The notes: generated from the letters alone by a model not told the origin. Shown: positions 1-10,857, numbered from the stretch's first letter. The stretch is 64,000 nt of DNA from an uncultured Acidobacteriota bacterium (GCA_963809485.1 CAWEJX010000001.1:352001-416000), one strand, 5' to 3'. Numbers and translations: made by a program.

Positions 1-606
1 CGGCGACGGCAGAGTCAAATACGCGCTCGAAAGCTCGATTGTCCTTTTCAGCATCTCAATGCCCTGATCGAATTTTGACTGCTGCAGATAGGCGACCGAC
101 AGGTAATAAACGGCATCGGGGTTGGAGGAACTAATCTCGACCGACTGAAGAAACAATTTCTCGGCATCCGCGAATTTGTTCTGCTTGTAGCTTTCAAGCC
201 CCTGCCTCAGCAGATCGAACGCCCGGTTCTCCTCTGCCGGATCCTCGAAATGAAGTTTCTTGTCCGCGCCGGGAGCGAACTTGAGCGTTATGGTTTGCGG
301 GCCTCCGCTGACCATCGCGAACTCATAAAGTGCAGGAACAAAACCCTCCTTGCGCCCCACAATTCTATAGGCTCCATCCTCAATTTTCCCGAAATCGGCG
401 ATCCCCTGGGCGTCCGACTTCTTGTCCTTGGCTTTCTGGCTTTTAAGCTGAACCGCTACAACCTTGACACCCGGCACAGGATTTCCTGAGGCATCCGCGC
501 ACTTCACTTGAAGCGTGCCGTTTTCAGCGAAAGCCGGGAAAGCAGCAAACAGCATTGAAAAGGAAATGAAACAGACACAAAAAGCTTTCCAGCATCCTAT
601 TTTCAT
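1..606 (-). CDS. Secreted carboxypeptidase-regulatory-like domain + TPR protein (runs off window edge)
   Basis: Manual translation, absent from the ORF track: MKIGCWKAFCVCFISFSMLFAAFPAFA (signal peptide), then ENGTLQVKCADASGNPVPGVKV...DGAYRIVGRKEGF, then TPR-like AEKLFLQSVEISSSNPDAVYYLSVAYLQQ. Open to position 1. Confidence 0.8.
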   Translation of the reverse strand, partial: MKIGCWKAFCVCFISFSMLFAAFPAFAENGTLQVKCADASGNPVPGVKVVAVQLKSQKAKDKKSDAQGIADFGKIEDGAYRIVGRKEGFVPALYEFAMVSGGPQTITLKFAPGADKKLHFEDPAEENRAFDLLRQGLESYKQNKFADAEKLFLQSVEISSSNPDAVYYLSVAYLQQSKFDQGIEMLKRTIELSSAYLTLPSP

Positions 607-988
607 GGCGAATCTCGTTGATTTTTTGTTTGTAAAAAGCAAAGCCTGCCTCTTTTCGGCAGGCGCCGACGAAGCTTTGTTTCCGGTGAACTCCAAGCCA
701 GCCCGCACTTGCCCACACCCCCGATTGGCCCCATAGACATTACACGCAACAGGCCGATCTTGCAACTAATGATCGCAGCGGCAGGCAAAGGTTGCACAAA
801 TTCCAAAAAAGTCCTCAATCCAGGCTGCAGCGAAGCGCGCACGAGCCAGGCAGGCCCCCCAATCAGCATTGAGCCGGTACATTCCCAAAGCCGCAAGCAT
901 TTCAATCCCGCGACCTCCGCGTCCCTGCATAAGTCTCAGGAATATAGTGCTTTGCCTCGCCGGGAATTGCGGCTCGTTACCTCCTTTG

Positions 989-3225
989 CTAAGGGATTTT
1001 CACAACAAGCCTGGCGGTTCCGGTGTTGCCGTCCCCGTCGCTGGCACGGATTCCGATCAGGTGTTCTCCCGTTGAAAGCTCAGAAGTCGCTATTCTGTAT
1101 TCCTCCTGGATCGAGTCGGCGATCCCATCCACGGGAAAGACCAGGAACCACTCGCCGCCATCGATGGAGAACTCGGCCGTAGTGATTCGTCCGGTGAGCA
1201 CCCGTGCCCGGAATTGTGCCTCAACTCTCTTCCCGCTTGTTCTGTTCTCCATGATTTCAACCAGAGGGGTGGCATTGGCAACCACAAACGGGTCCGAAAC
1301 GAGCTCGCCGATGAGGTATTTGTCGTAAGGGTTCGCGGGCGCATCGCTCGCCACAACCTTCAGCCGGTATTGCCATCGGGCAAAGCGGCCGCATTCAAAG
1401 CATAGAAGGAATCGGTGAGCTTTTTCTCAAGCAGTTTCCAGTCCGATTCCACTTCGCCTCTGAAATAAAGCGCGTACTCCAGGGAGTCGTCATTATCGTC
1501 GGTCGCTTTCCAGGTGAAGGATTGGGCTCCCGGCTGAAGGACTTGACGAGGAGCCATGGGCTGCCTCTCCCTTCCCCGTTCCCGCGGGGCATTCAGCGAG
1601 CGTCCGTCCGGGCCGGTGGAAGGGGTGTAAAGCGTCAGCCCCCCCGCAGCCAGCGACGGTTGCTTCTGAAGCTCAATTCCATAAGGCAGCACCTCAATGC
1701 TGGTCACCTGAGGCCTCAGGTTTTGCTGTAAATAGGCCACCTGGACCTGTTCCAACATATCGGCCACGGCGCTGGAAGCCGCGCCGGCACTGTTTTTGAA
1801 TGTTGCACGCCATTGCAGGTAGCGCGCCCGGGGACTGGTTATCTGCTGTCCGGGGCCGCTATAGGCCGGGCTCCAGTCGCTCCAGGAGCTGTCCGCCTTA
1901 TCGGTGTTGCCCGTCCTCGTGGAGAGCTCTACCGTCGCTCCCGAAGGATTGGCAATCCGCCACGAAATTTTCCCCCAGGAGGCAACCGTTTTGGCATCCA
2001 GGGCGCTGGATTCATAGGCGCCTGCCTGGGCCCTTTGCGTCCGTAGCTTGTATACCTTGCCCTGGTTGCTGCTGCTGATGTAGACAGCATCTCCGTCCGC
2101 CAGCAGGCGAGTCAAATCTTCATCGGGAGTGTCCGAAACTACGGTCACCTGCTTGGCGGCATCAATGGAGAAGAGCCGGCCCTTGGGGCCCGCCGCAACC
2201 ATCAGGGATGAATCGCCGCGCACCATCGCGTCAAAGACTGTCTGTTCGTTGGAGCTGTAGACCGTCTCTATGCTTCCATCCTTTGTTATGGCATACACGG
2301 CCGATTTGGCGCCTGCGGATTCCTTCTCTCCGCCGGGTGCCGTGACAACCTTTGTCTCCTTTGCTTTTTCTGCAATCCCCAGCACGGATTCCATCGTGAC
2401 CGTGGCCGAGGAAGCTGTCGTGCCGGGGGCCGATACGGCCGATGGTTTGGGCGCCGGCAGCATATCCACTCCTCTGGCGGAAGCAGCGATAGCGTAGATA
2501 GTGCCGAATCGGTCCATCGTCAGGGAGCGGATTTCCTCAAGGGGAGCATCCATCAGGGCGAATCCCTTTCCTGACGGCGTGATTTCCATGATCAGTCCCG
2601 CGGGCGAGGTCCCGGCCAACAGACTGTTGTTGCTTCCCTTTGCCAGGCACACCACATGATTGTCGCCGCACGTATAAAATGCTGATTTCGCCCCGCTCTT
2701 GTCAACTTTGTAGACGACTCCACTGGCACCCGTTGCAACGTAGAGACTGCCTGCGTCATCAAAAATCAACGACCATATATATTTGCTTTCTGGATTGCAG
2801 AAATCGGTCGCCTGGCCGGGCCCCGTTACCTTGTAGACTTTTCCATCGGGTGAAGTCCCGACATAGAGCGTGTCGGAAGCGTCCAGCGCCATGGCGAAAA
2901 CATTCAGTTCCTTGGCCTGGAAATACAGGCTTCCCTTTCCCTGCGGATCAACCTTGAACACTTTACCCTCATCGCCCGTGCCGATGAAAAGATTGCCCGC
3001 CTTGTCGCGCACCATGGAAAAAACGTAGGATTGGCCCGTGTCATAGACCAGATCGTATGCGGGCGCCGGATATATCTTCCCGTCGGGTGAAAGAGACACA
3101 CGGTCGAACCTGCCCCTGAGCAGTTCCGCTTGCGTAAAATTTTCCCAGAATTGCGGAGTGACGCCCCAGACAGCCATGGACAGGACGAGCAAAACAGGCA
3201 GCAAAACAGGCTTTCGATATCGCAT
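989..3225 (-). pseudogene. Secreted beta-propeller + C-terminal beta-sandwich protein split by a single-base frameshift near 1370 (or an assembly error)
   Basis: ATG at 3225 after GGGAG; signal peptide MRYRKPVLLPVLLVLSMAVWG; repeated propeller blades (GNLFIGTG, TLYVGTS, SLYVATG). Frame ends LPDGNTG* but the adjacent frame continues YRLKVVASDAPANP to the stop at 989. Confidence 0.75.
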
Positions 3226-3364
3226 GATGTCTCCCAGTAACTGTGTTTCCGCAAACCGGCTGCGGGCCGCAGGTGCCATGGGCATACCGCACCTCGCGGC
3301 TTTCGTCCTGCGGCCAGATGTCGACGCAAGAGCGCAGGCAAATGGGCGCACTGCAAAGAGCAGG

Positions 3365-5215
3365 TCAAGGTTTTATCACGAGTCTCAAAATTTTTGCGCC
3401 TTCAATCATGAAGTCCGACGGCGGCAGCTCATATTCCAAAAGCGTGGAAGTACGAATCGAGGTGATGGCCCCGGCCTTGCGCTCCGATTTCAGTATGGAA
3501 AGATAGGACGGGGGCAGGCCGGGCATACCTTCCCCTTTAACCAGCACCCCGGGTTCCTGCCGGTAAAATCGAACATAGAGCCGGTCATTCTTCCGAATAT
3601 TGTTGATAAACCTTATGAGTTGCGTGAGGTCGCGCGGGACCAGGATGTCTCCTTCTTCCTTGTCCTCCAAGGACATGATCGCCGTTCCGTCGGCAACCAG
3701 CATCAGCATCGGCCCCGGAGAAGCATTCTCCGGGATCTTGACCGGATAGGTTTCGCGCAGCGACTCCCCGTTCGCTTTCTTGCAGGAAATTGCCAATTCC
3801 AGGGATTCGCCGGCTTTCACCTCGGTGCGGCTGAAACTGATGGAGTCCAGCATGGCCGCCTGATCCGTCTCCTGAGCCGAGATTTCGAGATCGATATTTT
3901 CAAGATCCAAATTCCTATAGCCCGCAGCCATCAGGTAATTGACCGGCACCGCGACGGACAGCGACGCGTCGGAGGGTGCGCCGCCGGTCGAGGAAAAGCG
4001 GTTGTTGACCTCTATCGGCAGTTGGTTCTTGATGTGAATCTTCCCTTTGACCCTCAGGGTCGTGAATCCCTGGGCGCGCTCTGTCGCGACAATGGTGTTG
4101 TAAACCGTGAGGTTGATCAGAAGAGGCGTAAGCAGAGGGTCGCGGGCCAGTTCGTATTTTAAATCCCTCCGGACTCCCCGGCTCGTCGTCAGATGCACAT
4201 TCAGCGGGACCATGCGCGGCATATCCCCGAGAATGCCGTAAATTCCCATTCCCCTGTCCTGGCGGATGGTTCCGGCCTGCTCGCCCGTTTCAAGGATCTT
4301 GAAGGAACTCTCAAGGCTCGGGAATACCGTGATGGCCCGTGCCTTGTGCATGGGCAGTTCCGTGAAACCGAGTTCCAACAGACTGTGGCCGAAAGCGTAA
4401 ACTTTGTTGCCGTCCACATGCGTGACCGTGCCTCCGGCGGAAACATCCAGATCGCCCCGGACCAGAGGAACCACGATATTGGAGCCGGGCTCGAGGGGCG
4501 AATCCTCGGGCTGCCGGGCAGATCGGGAGGCTGGTGAAGGTTTCGAGCCTCCTGTTCCCTGCAACAACGAAAGCCCCATGGCTCGAAGCCGCGGGGCAAA
4601 GGCGTCCAGAGTCGCAGGATGCAGTCCGCCCAGGCTGAGCGGCGTGGCAATGGGCACCAGTGCATGACCCCCGAAGGCGGCAAGGGCCGGCTGTTTTTTG
4701 AGGTCGCCTGTCTGTAGGCGCAGATCCTTGACGCCGTATCTGCCGCCGGAAGGAGGCATAGGTAAATTTTGGAGATCGCTTTTTTTGATAACGCCCTTGG
4801 CTCCGGAAGTCGGATCAGCCGGTTCATCGAACGTTTGAACCATCTGCGTGATGGGCGTAATTCCGCAGATTGGCTCCTTGGCGAATGTATAGGAAAAGGC
4901 AATGGCGCCCAGAAGCTTGCCGTCAATAAACACGGGGCTGCCGCTCATTCCTTCGAAGACGCCCGTCTTGTCGAGCATCTCGCCGCTGAGCCGGGCGAGG
5001 ACCGCGCTGGCACCGGGATTTATGCCGTGAAGAATCCCAAGGATTTCCACCTGGAATTCCTGCGGCGTTGTCCCTTGAAAGCAGGTCCTGCCTGTCCCTC
5101 TCATACCCGGCCGGAGGTCTTCAATCCTAAAAAATTCAGTCTTTGCCCAAAGCGCCGAAAGGGAGAGCAGCATCCATGAAACAGTCAGAGCCGCTGCCCG
5201 GAACCATCTTTTCAT
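3365..5215 (-). CDS. SpoIVB peptidase S55 domain secreted protein
   Basis: Signal peptide MKRWFRAAAL...; S55 motif GMSGSPVFIDGKLLGAI; second segment GGTVT...VYAFGH. Confidence 0.85.
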   Translation of the reverse strand: MKRWFRAAALTVSWMLLSLSALWAKTEFFRIEDLRPGMRGTGRTCFQGTTPQEFQVEILGILHGINPGASAVLARLSGEMLDKTGVFEGMSGSPVFIDGKLLGAIAFSYTFAKEPICGITPITQMVQTFDEPADPTSGAKGVIKKSDLQNLPMPPSGGRYGVKDLRLQTGDLKKQPALAAFGGHALVPIATPLSLGGLHPATLDAFAPRLRAMGLSLLQGTGGSKPSPASRSARQPEDSPLEPGSNIVVPLVRGDLDVSAGGTVTHVDGNKVYAFGHSLLELGFTELPMHKARAITVFPSLESSFKILETGEQAGTIRQDRGMGIYGILGDMPRMVPLNVHLTTSRGVRRDLKYELARDPLLTPLLINLTVYNTIVATERAQGFTTLRVKGKIHIKNQLPIEVNNRFSSTGGAPSDASLSVAVPVNYLMAAGYRNLDLENIDLEISAQETDQAAMLDSISFSRTEVKAGESLELAISCKKANGESLRETYPVKIPENASPGPMLMLVADGTAIMSLEDKEEGDILVPRDLTQLIRFINNIRKNDRLYVRFYRQEPGVLVKGEGMPGLPPSYLSILKSERKAGAITSIRTSTLLEYELPPSDFMIEGAKILRLVIKP

Positions 5216-5249
5216 AAGGACCCGACCTTTCAAAAAGTGAAGTATATCA

Positions 5250-5405
5250 GAATTACGAATGACGAATGACGAATGACGAATTGAAACATTCCTGCTTTAG
5301 TTCAAACAAGTCACTGTACGAATTTCTCCGAATTTCGAGCTAGAAGGATCGTCAATCCATCGTGTATGTTTTCAATTCGTCATTCGTAATTCGTTATTCG
5401 TCATT
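5250..5405. repeat. Inverted array of GAATGAC/GAATTAC heptamer tandem repeats (copy 1)
   Basis: Left arm GAATTAC-GAATGAC-GAATGAC-GAATGAC-GAATTGAAACAT; right arm ATGTTTTCAATTC-GTCATTC-GTAATTC-GTTATTC-GTCATT. Confidence 0.9.
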
Positions 5406-5430
5406 TGCGGTTTGAGGTTTGTCAATTCGC

Positions 5431-5459
5431 TTGCTATTCCCATTCTGCTGGCCTAATTT
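5431..5459 (+). promoter_or_regulatory. Putative sigma70 promoter of mobA
   Basis: TTGCTA-17 nt-TAATTT, ending 6 nt before the GTG start. Confidence 0.4.
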
Positions 5460-5465
5460 CTTTTC

Positions 5466-6119
5466 GTGATCTCAAACGACCTGTGTGCGGTTATCCTGGC
5501 CGGCGGACGCAGCCGCAGGATGGGCGTCAATAAAGCCTTGCTGAAGGTCGGCGGCCAGCCGCTCATTCAAAAACTCATCGACCGGGTGCTTCCACTCACA
5601 TCCCGTATTCTCATATCCTCCAACGATGAGGCCAGTTACGGGTTTCTCAATTTGCCGGTTGTTCCGGACTGCTTTATGGACCGGGGACCCCTGGCCGGCA
5701 TCCACGCGGCCATGAAGCAAAATGCCTGCTCCCTCTACATTGTGCTCGCATGCGATTTACCCAACCTGCGGGACCAGATTCTCCCGAGATTCCTTGAGAT
5801 CGCCGAGGGCTTTGACGGCGTCATTCCCCGCACCAGGGACGGCGTGGCTCATCCTTTATGCGCGATATATCGACGATCCTGCCTCCCTGTCATTGAACAC
5901 GCACTCGAGCGGGGGGGTAGCAAGGTAATTGAGGCCTTTCTTGACGCCAGTCTGTCCATCCGGTGGGTAGATCCGGACGAAGGCCTCTTTCTTGATGCCG
6001 ATCTGGCTAACATCAACACTCCAGAGGATTTACATCGGCTCAGTAGCAGCTCCAGCGAGCCAATGCGCAAAAGCTCTATATGTAGTAGTCCCTCCCCAGA
6101 TAACCCCGATATATTGTGA
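5466..6119 (+). CDS. mobA: Molybdenum cofactor guanylyltransferase
   Basis: VILAGGRSRRMG.NKALL, GPLAGIHAAM, ACDLP, HPLCAIY and NINTPEDL motifs. Confidence 0.9.
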   Translation: MISNDLCAVILAGGRSRRMGVNKALLKVGGQPLIQKLIDRVLPLTSRILISSNDEASYGFLNLPVVPDCFMDRGPLAGIHAAMKQNACSLYIVLACDLPNLRDQILPRFLEIAEGFDGVIPRTRDGVAHPLCAIYRRSCLPVIEHALERGGSKVIEAFLDASLSIRWVDPDEGLFLDADLANINTPEDLHRLSSSSSEPMRKSSICSSPSPDNPDIL

Positions 6120-6240
6120 TTTTTCTTGGTTGCTGCAGAACGGCTATGCTATAGTGGGGGTCGTATTTCAGAACCTCTGAAATGGGCCCTAAGTATTTGA
6201 AAACACTCAGCTGCAGTGGGATTTCTGGCGCCCGCACCCG

Positions 6241-7194
6241 ATGGTATGGGTTTCTTTTGGCGCAGGGTTCGGAGTTTCAGGAATGAAACGGCATGTTTAT
6301 GCAAAAGCCGATGCAGGCAAATACTTGCGGACAGCCCTGCCTGCCGTGGTCCTATTGCTGGGGGGCGTGTTTGCCGCTTTGGGATTCCTGGTATACAAAA
6401 TCACGCACCCGGGAGCAGTCCCGGAGACTGTAAATCCGTCTCATTATCTGTTGCCGTCATTGGAAGTCGCTATTCCCTCGGGCAGAGGGGAGGAAACCGC
6501 GGGGTGGTGGATCCCGGGGCTGAAAGGCGCGCCAGGAGTCCTTCTTGCTCCCGGCTACGGAATGAGCCGTTCGGACGCGCTCAGCCTGGCCGTAATGCTG
6601 CGTGAAAAAGGATTCAATCTTCTGGTTTACGACCAGCGCGGCTGCGGGACCTCTCCAAAGAGAGCCAGCACACTTGGTTTGCGTGAGGCTGAAGATATGC
6701 TGCAGGCGCTCGAGATTCTGCGCAACAGGTCCGAGATCGATGCTTCGCGAGTCGGAATCTGGGGAGTGGATGTGGGCGCGTACGCGGCTTTGCGGGCTGC
6801 TGCATCCATTCCTGAGGTTCGCGCGGTTGTTGCAGACGGGGCGTTTGAATTCGTGCCGGATTTTCTGGACTTAAAAATTTTTGAGGATTTTGGACTGGAG
6901 AGCGGCCCCATCCGGCTCGGCTGCGGCTGGGCATTCGCGCTGTTGCATCTGGGAGACCGTTCGCTGCTGAGCGAGCCTCTTCCGGTCCAGTCGCTTGCCG
7001 GACGGGCGGTTCTCTTTATCCGGGGCGAGAACCGCAAACGGCTGGGAGATTTGACGGCCGCATTGAACGACAGGTTCCGGCCCCGGCAGGAGATGGCTTC
7101 TTTCAAAACGTCGCGCGTTCGACTCATGGGCGGCGAAGATCTCAAGACCTATGACACACAGGTGACCGACTTCTTTCAGGTGAACCTCAGGTGA
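6241..7194 (+). CDS. Membrane-anchored alpha/beta-hydrolase fold protein with non-canonical active site (start may be 6283)
   Basis: N-terminal TM helix; GFNLLVYDQRGCG; IGIWGVDVGAYAA at the nucleophile elbow; VRAVVADG. Confidence 0.8.
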   Translation: MVWVSFGAGFGVSGMKRHVYAKADAGKYLRTALPAVVLLLGGVFAALGFLVYKITHPGAVPETVNPSHYLLPSLEVAIPSGRGEETAGWWIPGLKGAPGVLLAPGYGMSRSDALSLAVMLREKGFNLLVYDQRGCGTSPKRASTLGLREAEDMLQALEILRNRSEIDASRVGIWGVDVGAYAALRAAASIPEVRAVVADGAFEFVPDFLDLKIFEDFGLESGPIRLGCGWAFALLHLGDRSLLSEPLPVQSLAGRAVLFIRGENRKRLGDLTAALNDRFRPRQEMASFKTSRVRLMGGEDLKTYDTQVTDFFQVNLR

Positions 7195-7246
7195 AACAGG
7201 TAATTCAGTACAACAGGCGTTTTTCATCAAACGGGTATAGACCTCA

Positions 7247-10200
7247 ATGAACCAGATCAGGAAATTGGAACTCATCGGATTTAAATCATTCTGCGACCGC
7301 ACTCATATTCCTTTTAACGAAGGAATCACGGCCATTGTCGGACCCAACGGATGCGGAAAGAGCAATATCGCCGATGCCATGAGCTGGGTTGTCGGTGAGC
7401 AGAGCGCCAAGTCTCTGCGCACGGACAAGATGGAGGGGGTGATTTTCAACGGCACCCAGGCGCGAAAGGCCATGGGGTTTGCCGAGGTTGCTCTTACGCT
7501 GGCCCTCGACAACAAAATAGACATCCCCGGAGTGCCGGACTTGAATCCGGACGGCTTCACGGTCGGACGGCGTCTCTATCGCTCCGGCGAAAGCGAGTAC
7601 TATCTGGACGGCCATCGCTGCCGCCTTAAGGACATTCAGGCGCTGTTTGAAGGCACCGGGCTGGGACCGAATTCCTATGCCATTCTTGAACAGGGACGGA
7701 TCGGCCAGATCCTCAGCTCCAAACCCGCTGAACGTCGCGCGCTGATTGAAGAGGCCGCCCGAATCACTCTGTTCAAGAGCCGCCGTTACTCCGCAGAAAT
7801 GAAGCTCGAGATGGCCCAGCAGAATCTGACACGCGCGCAGGACATTATCCGCGAGGTGGTCCGCCAGCTCAATTCGCTCCGAAGGCAGGCCGCGAAAGCG
7901 CGGCGCTACAACCGCCTGCGCGAAGAGTTGCGCTCCGTACAGCGGATAAAACTCGGGATGGAAGAGCGGCAACTCCGGGAAAGGCTTTCGGAGTGCGCCG
8001 CCCGCTTCAGCAGCGCCCAGGAAAGCGAACGGTCGATTCTTTCGGAACTGGAGACCGCCGAAAAATCCCGGCAGTCCGAACGGGAGGAGTGCGACGCGCA
8101 GGAAGAACGGGTCCATCAGACTCGAGAGGTACTCGCCAGCCTGAAAATGGATGCGGGGAACGCGCAGAGTATGCTGGAGAACCAGGAAACGCAACGGCTG
8201 GGCCTTATGTCCCGGACCGGCGAACTGGAACGCGAACAGAAAGCCATTGAAGAGCGCAGGCAGCTCATCTCGAGCGAGATGGAACGCTTGAGCAATTCTT
8301 TTCGCTCGATCACGGACGAGATAGCGCGCGAACAGGAAGCGCTCGAGGCCGAGCAGGCCAAAAGCGACGTGACCCTGGATGCGATCCACCAGACTGAGGG
8401 AAAAATCGACGATCTGCGTTCTTTCCTTTTGACCGGGGCGGGGAGGCTTTCAGACCTGAAAAACCTGCAGGCCCGCTGCCAGGAAAGCCTGGAACGCATC
8501 GCCGCACGAACGTCCCGGCTGGAAGGCGAACGTCAGGCCAAATTCCAGGAACGCGCAGCCCTTGCGGCAGAACTCGAAAATGCCCGCAACGTCTCCGCGC
8601 TGCTGGCTGCGCGGCAGAAGGAGGTTTCCGCAAACTGCGAGGAACTCGAATCCAGAGCGCGGGAGCTTGGTGCCCGCATCGAAAGCGTATCGGAAGAAAT
8701 GTCGGCGCAGGTCAACGAGCACAGCCTGATTCAGCACCGGTTCTCCTCTCTCGAGGAGGTTGAAAGAAGGCGGAGCAACTACTCCGAAGGCGTTCAGAAG
8801 TACCTGTCGACACGGATTCCGGGAGAGGAGCCCTGCAAGGCCAAAACACTGGCCGACCACATTGAAACCGATCCCGCCTACGAAGCGGCCCTGGAAGATT
8901 ACCTGAACGATCCCCTGCAGTACATACTCGTGGAGAGCCGCGAAGACGCGGTGCAGGGGGTGGAACGGCTCAAGCGCATCGGTGCGGGGAAATGCACGTT
9001 CATGACCATACGCAACGGGCACAGCCATGCGGCCGGACCCGGCCGCCCTCCGTTGAGCGGCGATGGCGTGGTTGGTTACCTGGACGATCTCCTGCGCATG
9101 AACCCCGAGGTGAAGCATGCGTTCGAGCGCGCGCTTCCCGAATACGCCTCGACCATCATGGTCTCGGACCTGAATACCGCATTCCGCGTCGCCGAACATG
9201 CGTCGGGCGCCAATTTCCTGACTCTCTCGGGAGAGGCCTACTCTCCGCGCGGAACGCTATCGGCAGTCGGAGAACGCAAATCGATGGCGGGTTTTCTAGC
9301 GCTGAAGCGCGAAAAGCGTGAACTGGAGAAGAAACTGGGTATCCTGCTCGATAAAATCCAGTCGACGCGACAGGAACTCGCCGGCCTGAAACAGGAACAG
9401 GCGGCGGCCGCTGAGTCTCTGAAAGGGCTCACGGCGGAGTCCCGCAAGCTCGAAGTGGATATGGCGCTCGCCGGGCACGAAGTCTCGAGACTCGAGGGCG
9501 AGCTTGATAAGATAGCCCAGGCCGAAAACGTCGCCGACTCCGAGATCTCCCAGCTTGCCGATGAAAAGCGCGACCTCGAATCAAAGCTGAAGGATGCTGC
9601 GGCACAAATCGCGGAAATCGAGGCGCGCAGCGGAAGCGGCTCCGAAGAACTGCAGGAGCTTAACGGCAGGCTGCAGTCGCTGCGATCCGAGAGCGCTGCG
9701 CTCCTGAGACAGCTCGGCAACCTTGTTTCGGCGCACGCGGTTAAGCAGGAACGGCGGTCCGCCATGGGAAACGATCTGCGCCGCCTTGCAACCGAATCGG
9801 ATGACGTCCGCAAACGCGCCGATGTCAACAGCTCCGATGCCGCCCAGGCCCTTGAGAGAATCAAGGAACTTGAAGCGGCTCAGGAGGAAGCCAGGGTGAG
9901 AATTGTCGAATGCGGCCGGGCCGTTCAGGAAACCGGCGAAGCGTTGGAGGAAAAACAGCGGGTTCTCTCTGCCCGGCGCGCCGACCTGGCCGGCCTGGAC
10001 GATAAATTGCGGCAGCTTCACACTGCCCGCGAGGACGCGATGAATGCGCGCAGCAGGATCGAAATCGATAAGGCGCGGCTGGAGAGCGACCTCGAGCACC
10101 TGGAACGCAGCTGCCAGGAGGAATTTCACCTTTCAGTGTCCGAAGTGATCGCCGACATCCAGGAGGCGGACTGGCAGCGGGAATACCAGGAGGTTTCCGA

Positions 10201-10852
10201 AGCGCATGACCGCCTGCGGGAAATCATCGAGAATTTCGGCGCCATCAACATGCGGGCTCTGGAGGAATACAAGGAACTGGATCAGCGCTACCAGTTCATG
10301 AACGGCCAGCGTCTCGACATCGAAAAATCGATTGCCGACACACAGAAGGCAATATCGGAAATCAACCGCCGCTCCGTGGAACAGTTCGAAGAGGCCTTCA
10401 AGGCCATCCGCCAGAATTTCCAGGAAGTGTTTCAAATTCTGTTCGGCGGCGGCCAATGCGACCTCCGCATGCTTGACGAGGGAGACGTTCTGGAAAGCGG
10501 CATCGATATCATTGCGCAGCCGCCCGGCAAACGCCTGCAAAACGTATTGCTTCTTTCAGGCGGAGAGAAAGCTTTGACCGCGCTGGCGCTGCTGATCGCA
10601 ATCTTCCGTTTCCGGCCGAGCCCCGTGTGCGTGCTGGACGAAGTCGATGCGCCGCTCGATGACTCCAACATCGGCCGCTTCACGCGATTGCTAAAGGAGC
10701 TGAGCCGAAACACTCAGTTCATCATTATCACCCACAGCAAGAATACGATGGAGGCGGCGCAGACCCTTTATGGAGTGACCATGGAGGAGCCCGGTGTTTC
10801 CAAGATCATCGGCGTGGATTTCCAGCAGCACCAGGAAGCACTGGCCAGCTGA
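7247..10852 (+). CDS. smc: Chromosome segregation protein SMC
   Basis: Walker A GPNGCGKSN, long coiled coils with central hinge, LSGGEK signature, LDEVDAPLD. Confidence 0.97.
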   Translation: MNQIRKLELIGFKSFCDRTHIPFNEGITAIVGPNGCGKSNIADAMSWVVGEQSAKSLRTDKMEGVIFNGTQARKAMGFAEVALTLALDNKIDIPGVPDLNPDGFTVGRRLYRSGESEYYLDGHRCRLKDIQALFEGTGLGPNSYAILEQGRIGQILSSKPAERRALIEEAARITLFKSRRYSAEMKLEMAQQNLTRAQDIIREVVRQLNSLRRQAAKARRYNRLREELRSVQRIKLGMEERQLRERLSECAARFSSAQESERSILSELETAEKSRQSEREECDAQEERVHQTREVLASLKMDAGNAQSMLENQETQRLGLMSRTGELEREQKAIEERRQLISSEMERLSNSFRSITDEIAREQEALEAEQAKSDVTLDAIHQTEGKIDDLRSFLLTGAGRLSDLKNLQARCQESLERIAARTSRLEGERQAKFQERAALAAELENARNVSALLAARQKEVSANCEELESRARELGARIESVSEEMSAQVNEHSLIQHRFSSLEEVERRRSNYSEGVQKYLSTRIPGEEPCKAKTLADHIETDPAYEAALEDYLNDPLQYILVESREDAVQGVERLKRIGAGKCTFMTIRNGHSHAAGPGRPPLSGDGVVGYLDDLLRMNPEVKHAFERALPEYASTIMVSDLNTAFRVAEHASGANFLTLSGEAYSPRGTLSAVGERKSMAGFLALKREKRELEKKLGILLDKIQSTRQELAGLKQEQAAAAESLKGLTAESRKLEVDMALAGHEVSRLEGELDKIAQAENVADSEISQLADEKRDLESKLKDAAAQIAEIEARSGSGSEELQELNGRLQSLRSESAALLRQLGNLVSAHAVKQERRSAMGNDLRRLATESDDVRKRADVNSSDAAQALERIKELEAAQEEARVRIVECGRAVQETGEALEEKQRVLSARRADLAGLDDKLRQLHTAREDAMNARSRIEIDKARLESDLEHLERSCQEEFHLSVSEVIADIQEADWQREYQEVSEAHDRLREIIENFGAINMRALEEYKELDQRYQFMNGQRLDIEKSIADTQKAISEINRRSVEQFEEAFKAIRQNFQEVFQILFGGGQCDLRMLDEGDVLESGIDIIAQPPGKRLQNVLLLSGGEKALTALALLIAIFRFRPSPVCVLDEVDAPLDDSNIGRFTRLLKELSRNTQFIIITHSKNTMEAAQTLYGVTMEEPGVSKIIGVDFQQHQEALAS

Positions 10853-10857
10853 AGCAT

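Noticed and set aside
1360-1380. Programmed ribosomal frameshift in the propeller gene
   Set aside because: No slippery X-XXY-YYZ heptamer or homopolymer at the junction.
3158-4162. 334-aa plus-strand ORF, and similar long antisense ORFs inside smc, groEL, cysS and the TPR gene
   Set aside because: Overlap well-supported genes on the opposite strand; no independent evidence.
5250-5405. Possible CRISPR array
   Set aside because: Units are 7-bp tandem repeats without spacers; no cas genes in the window.
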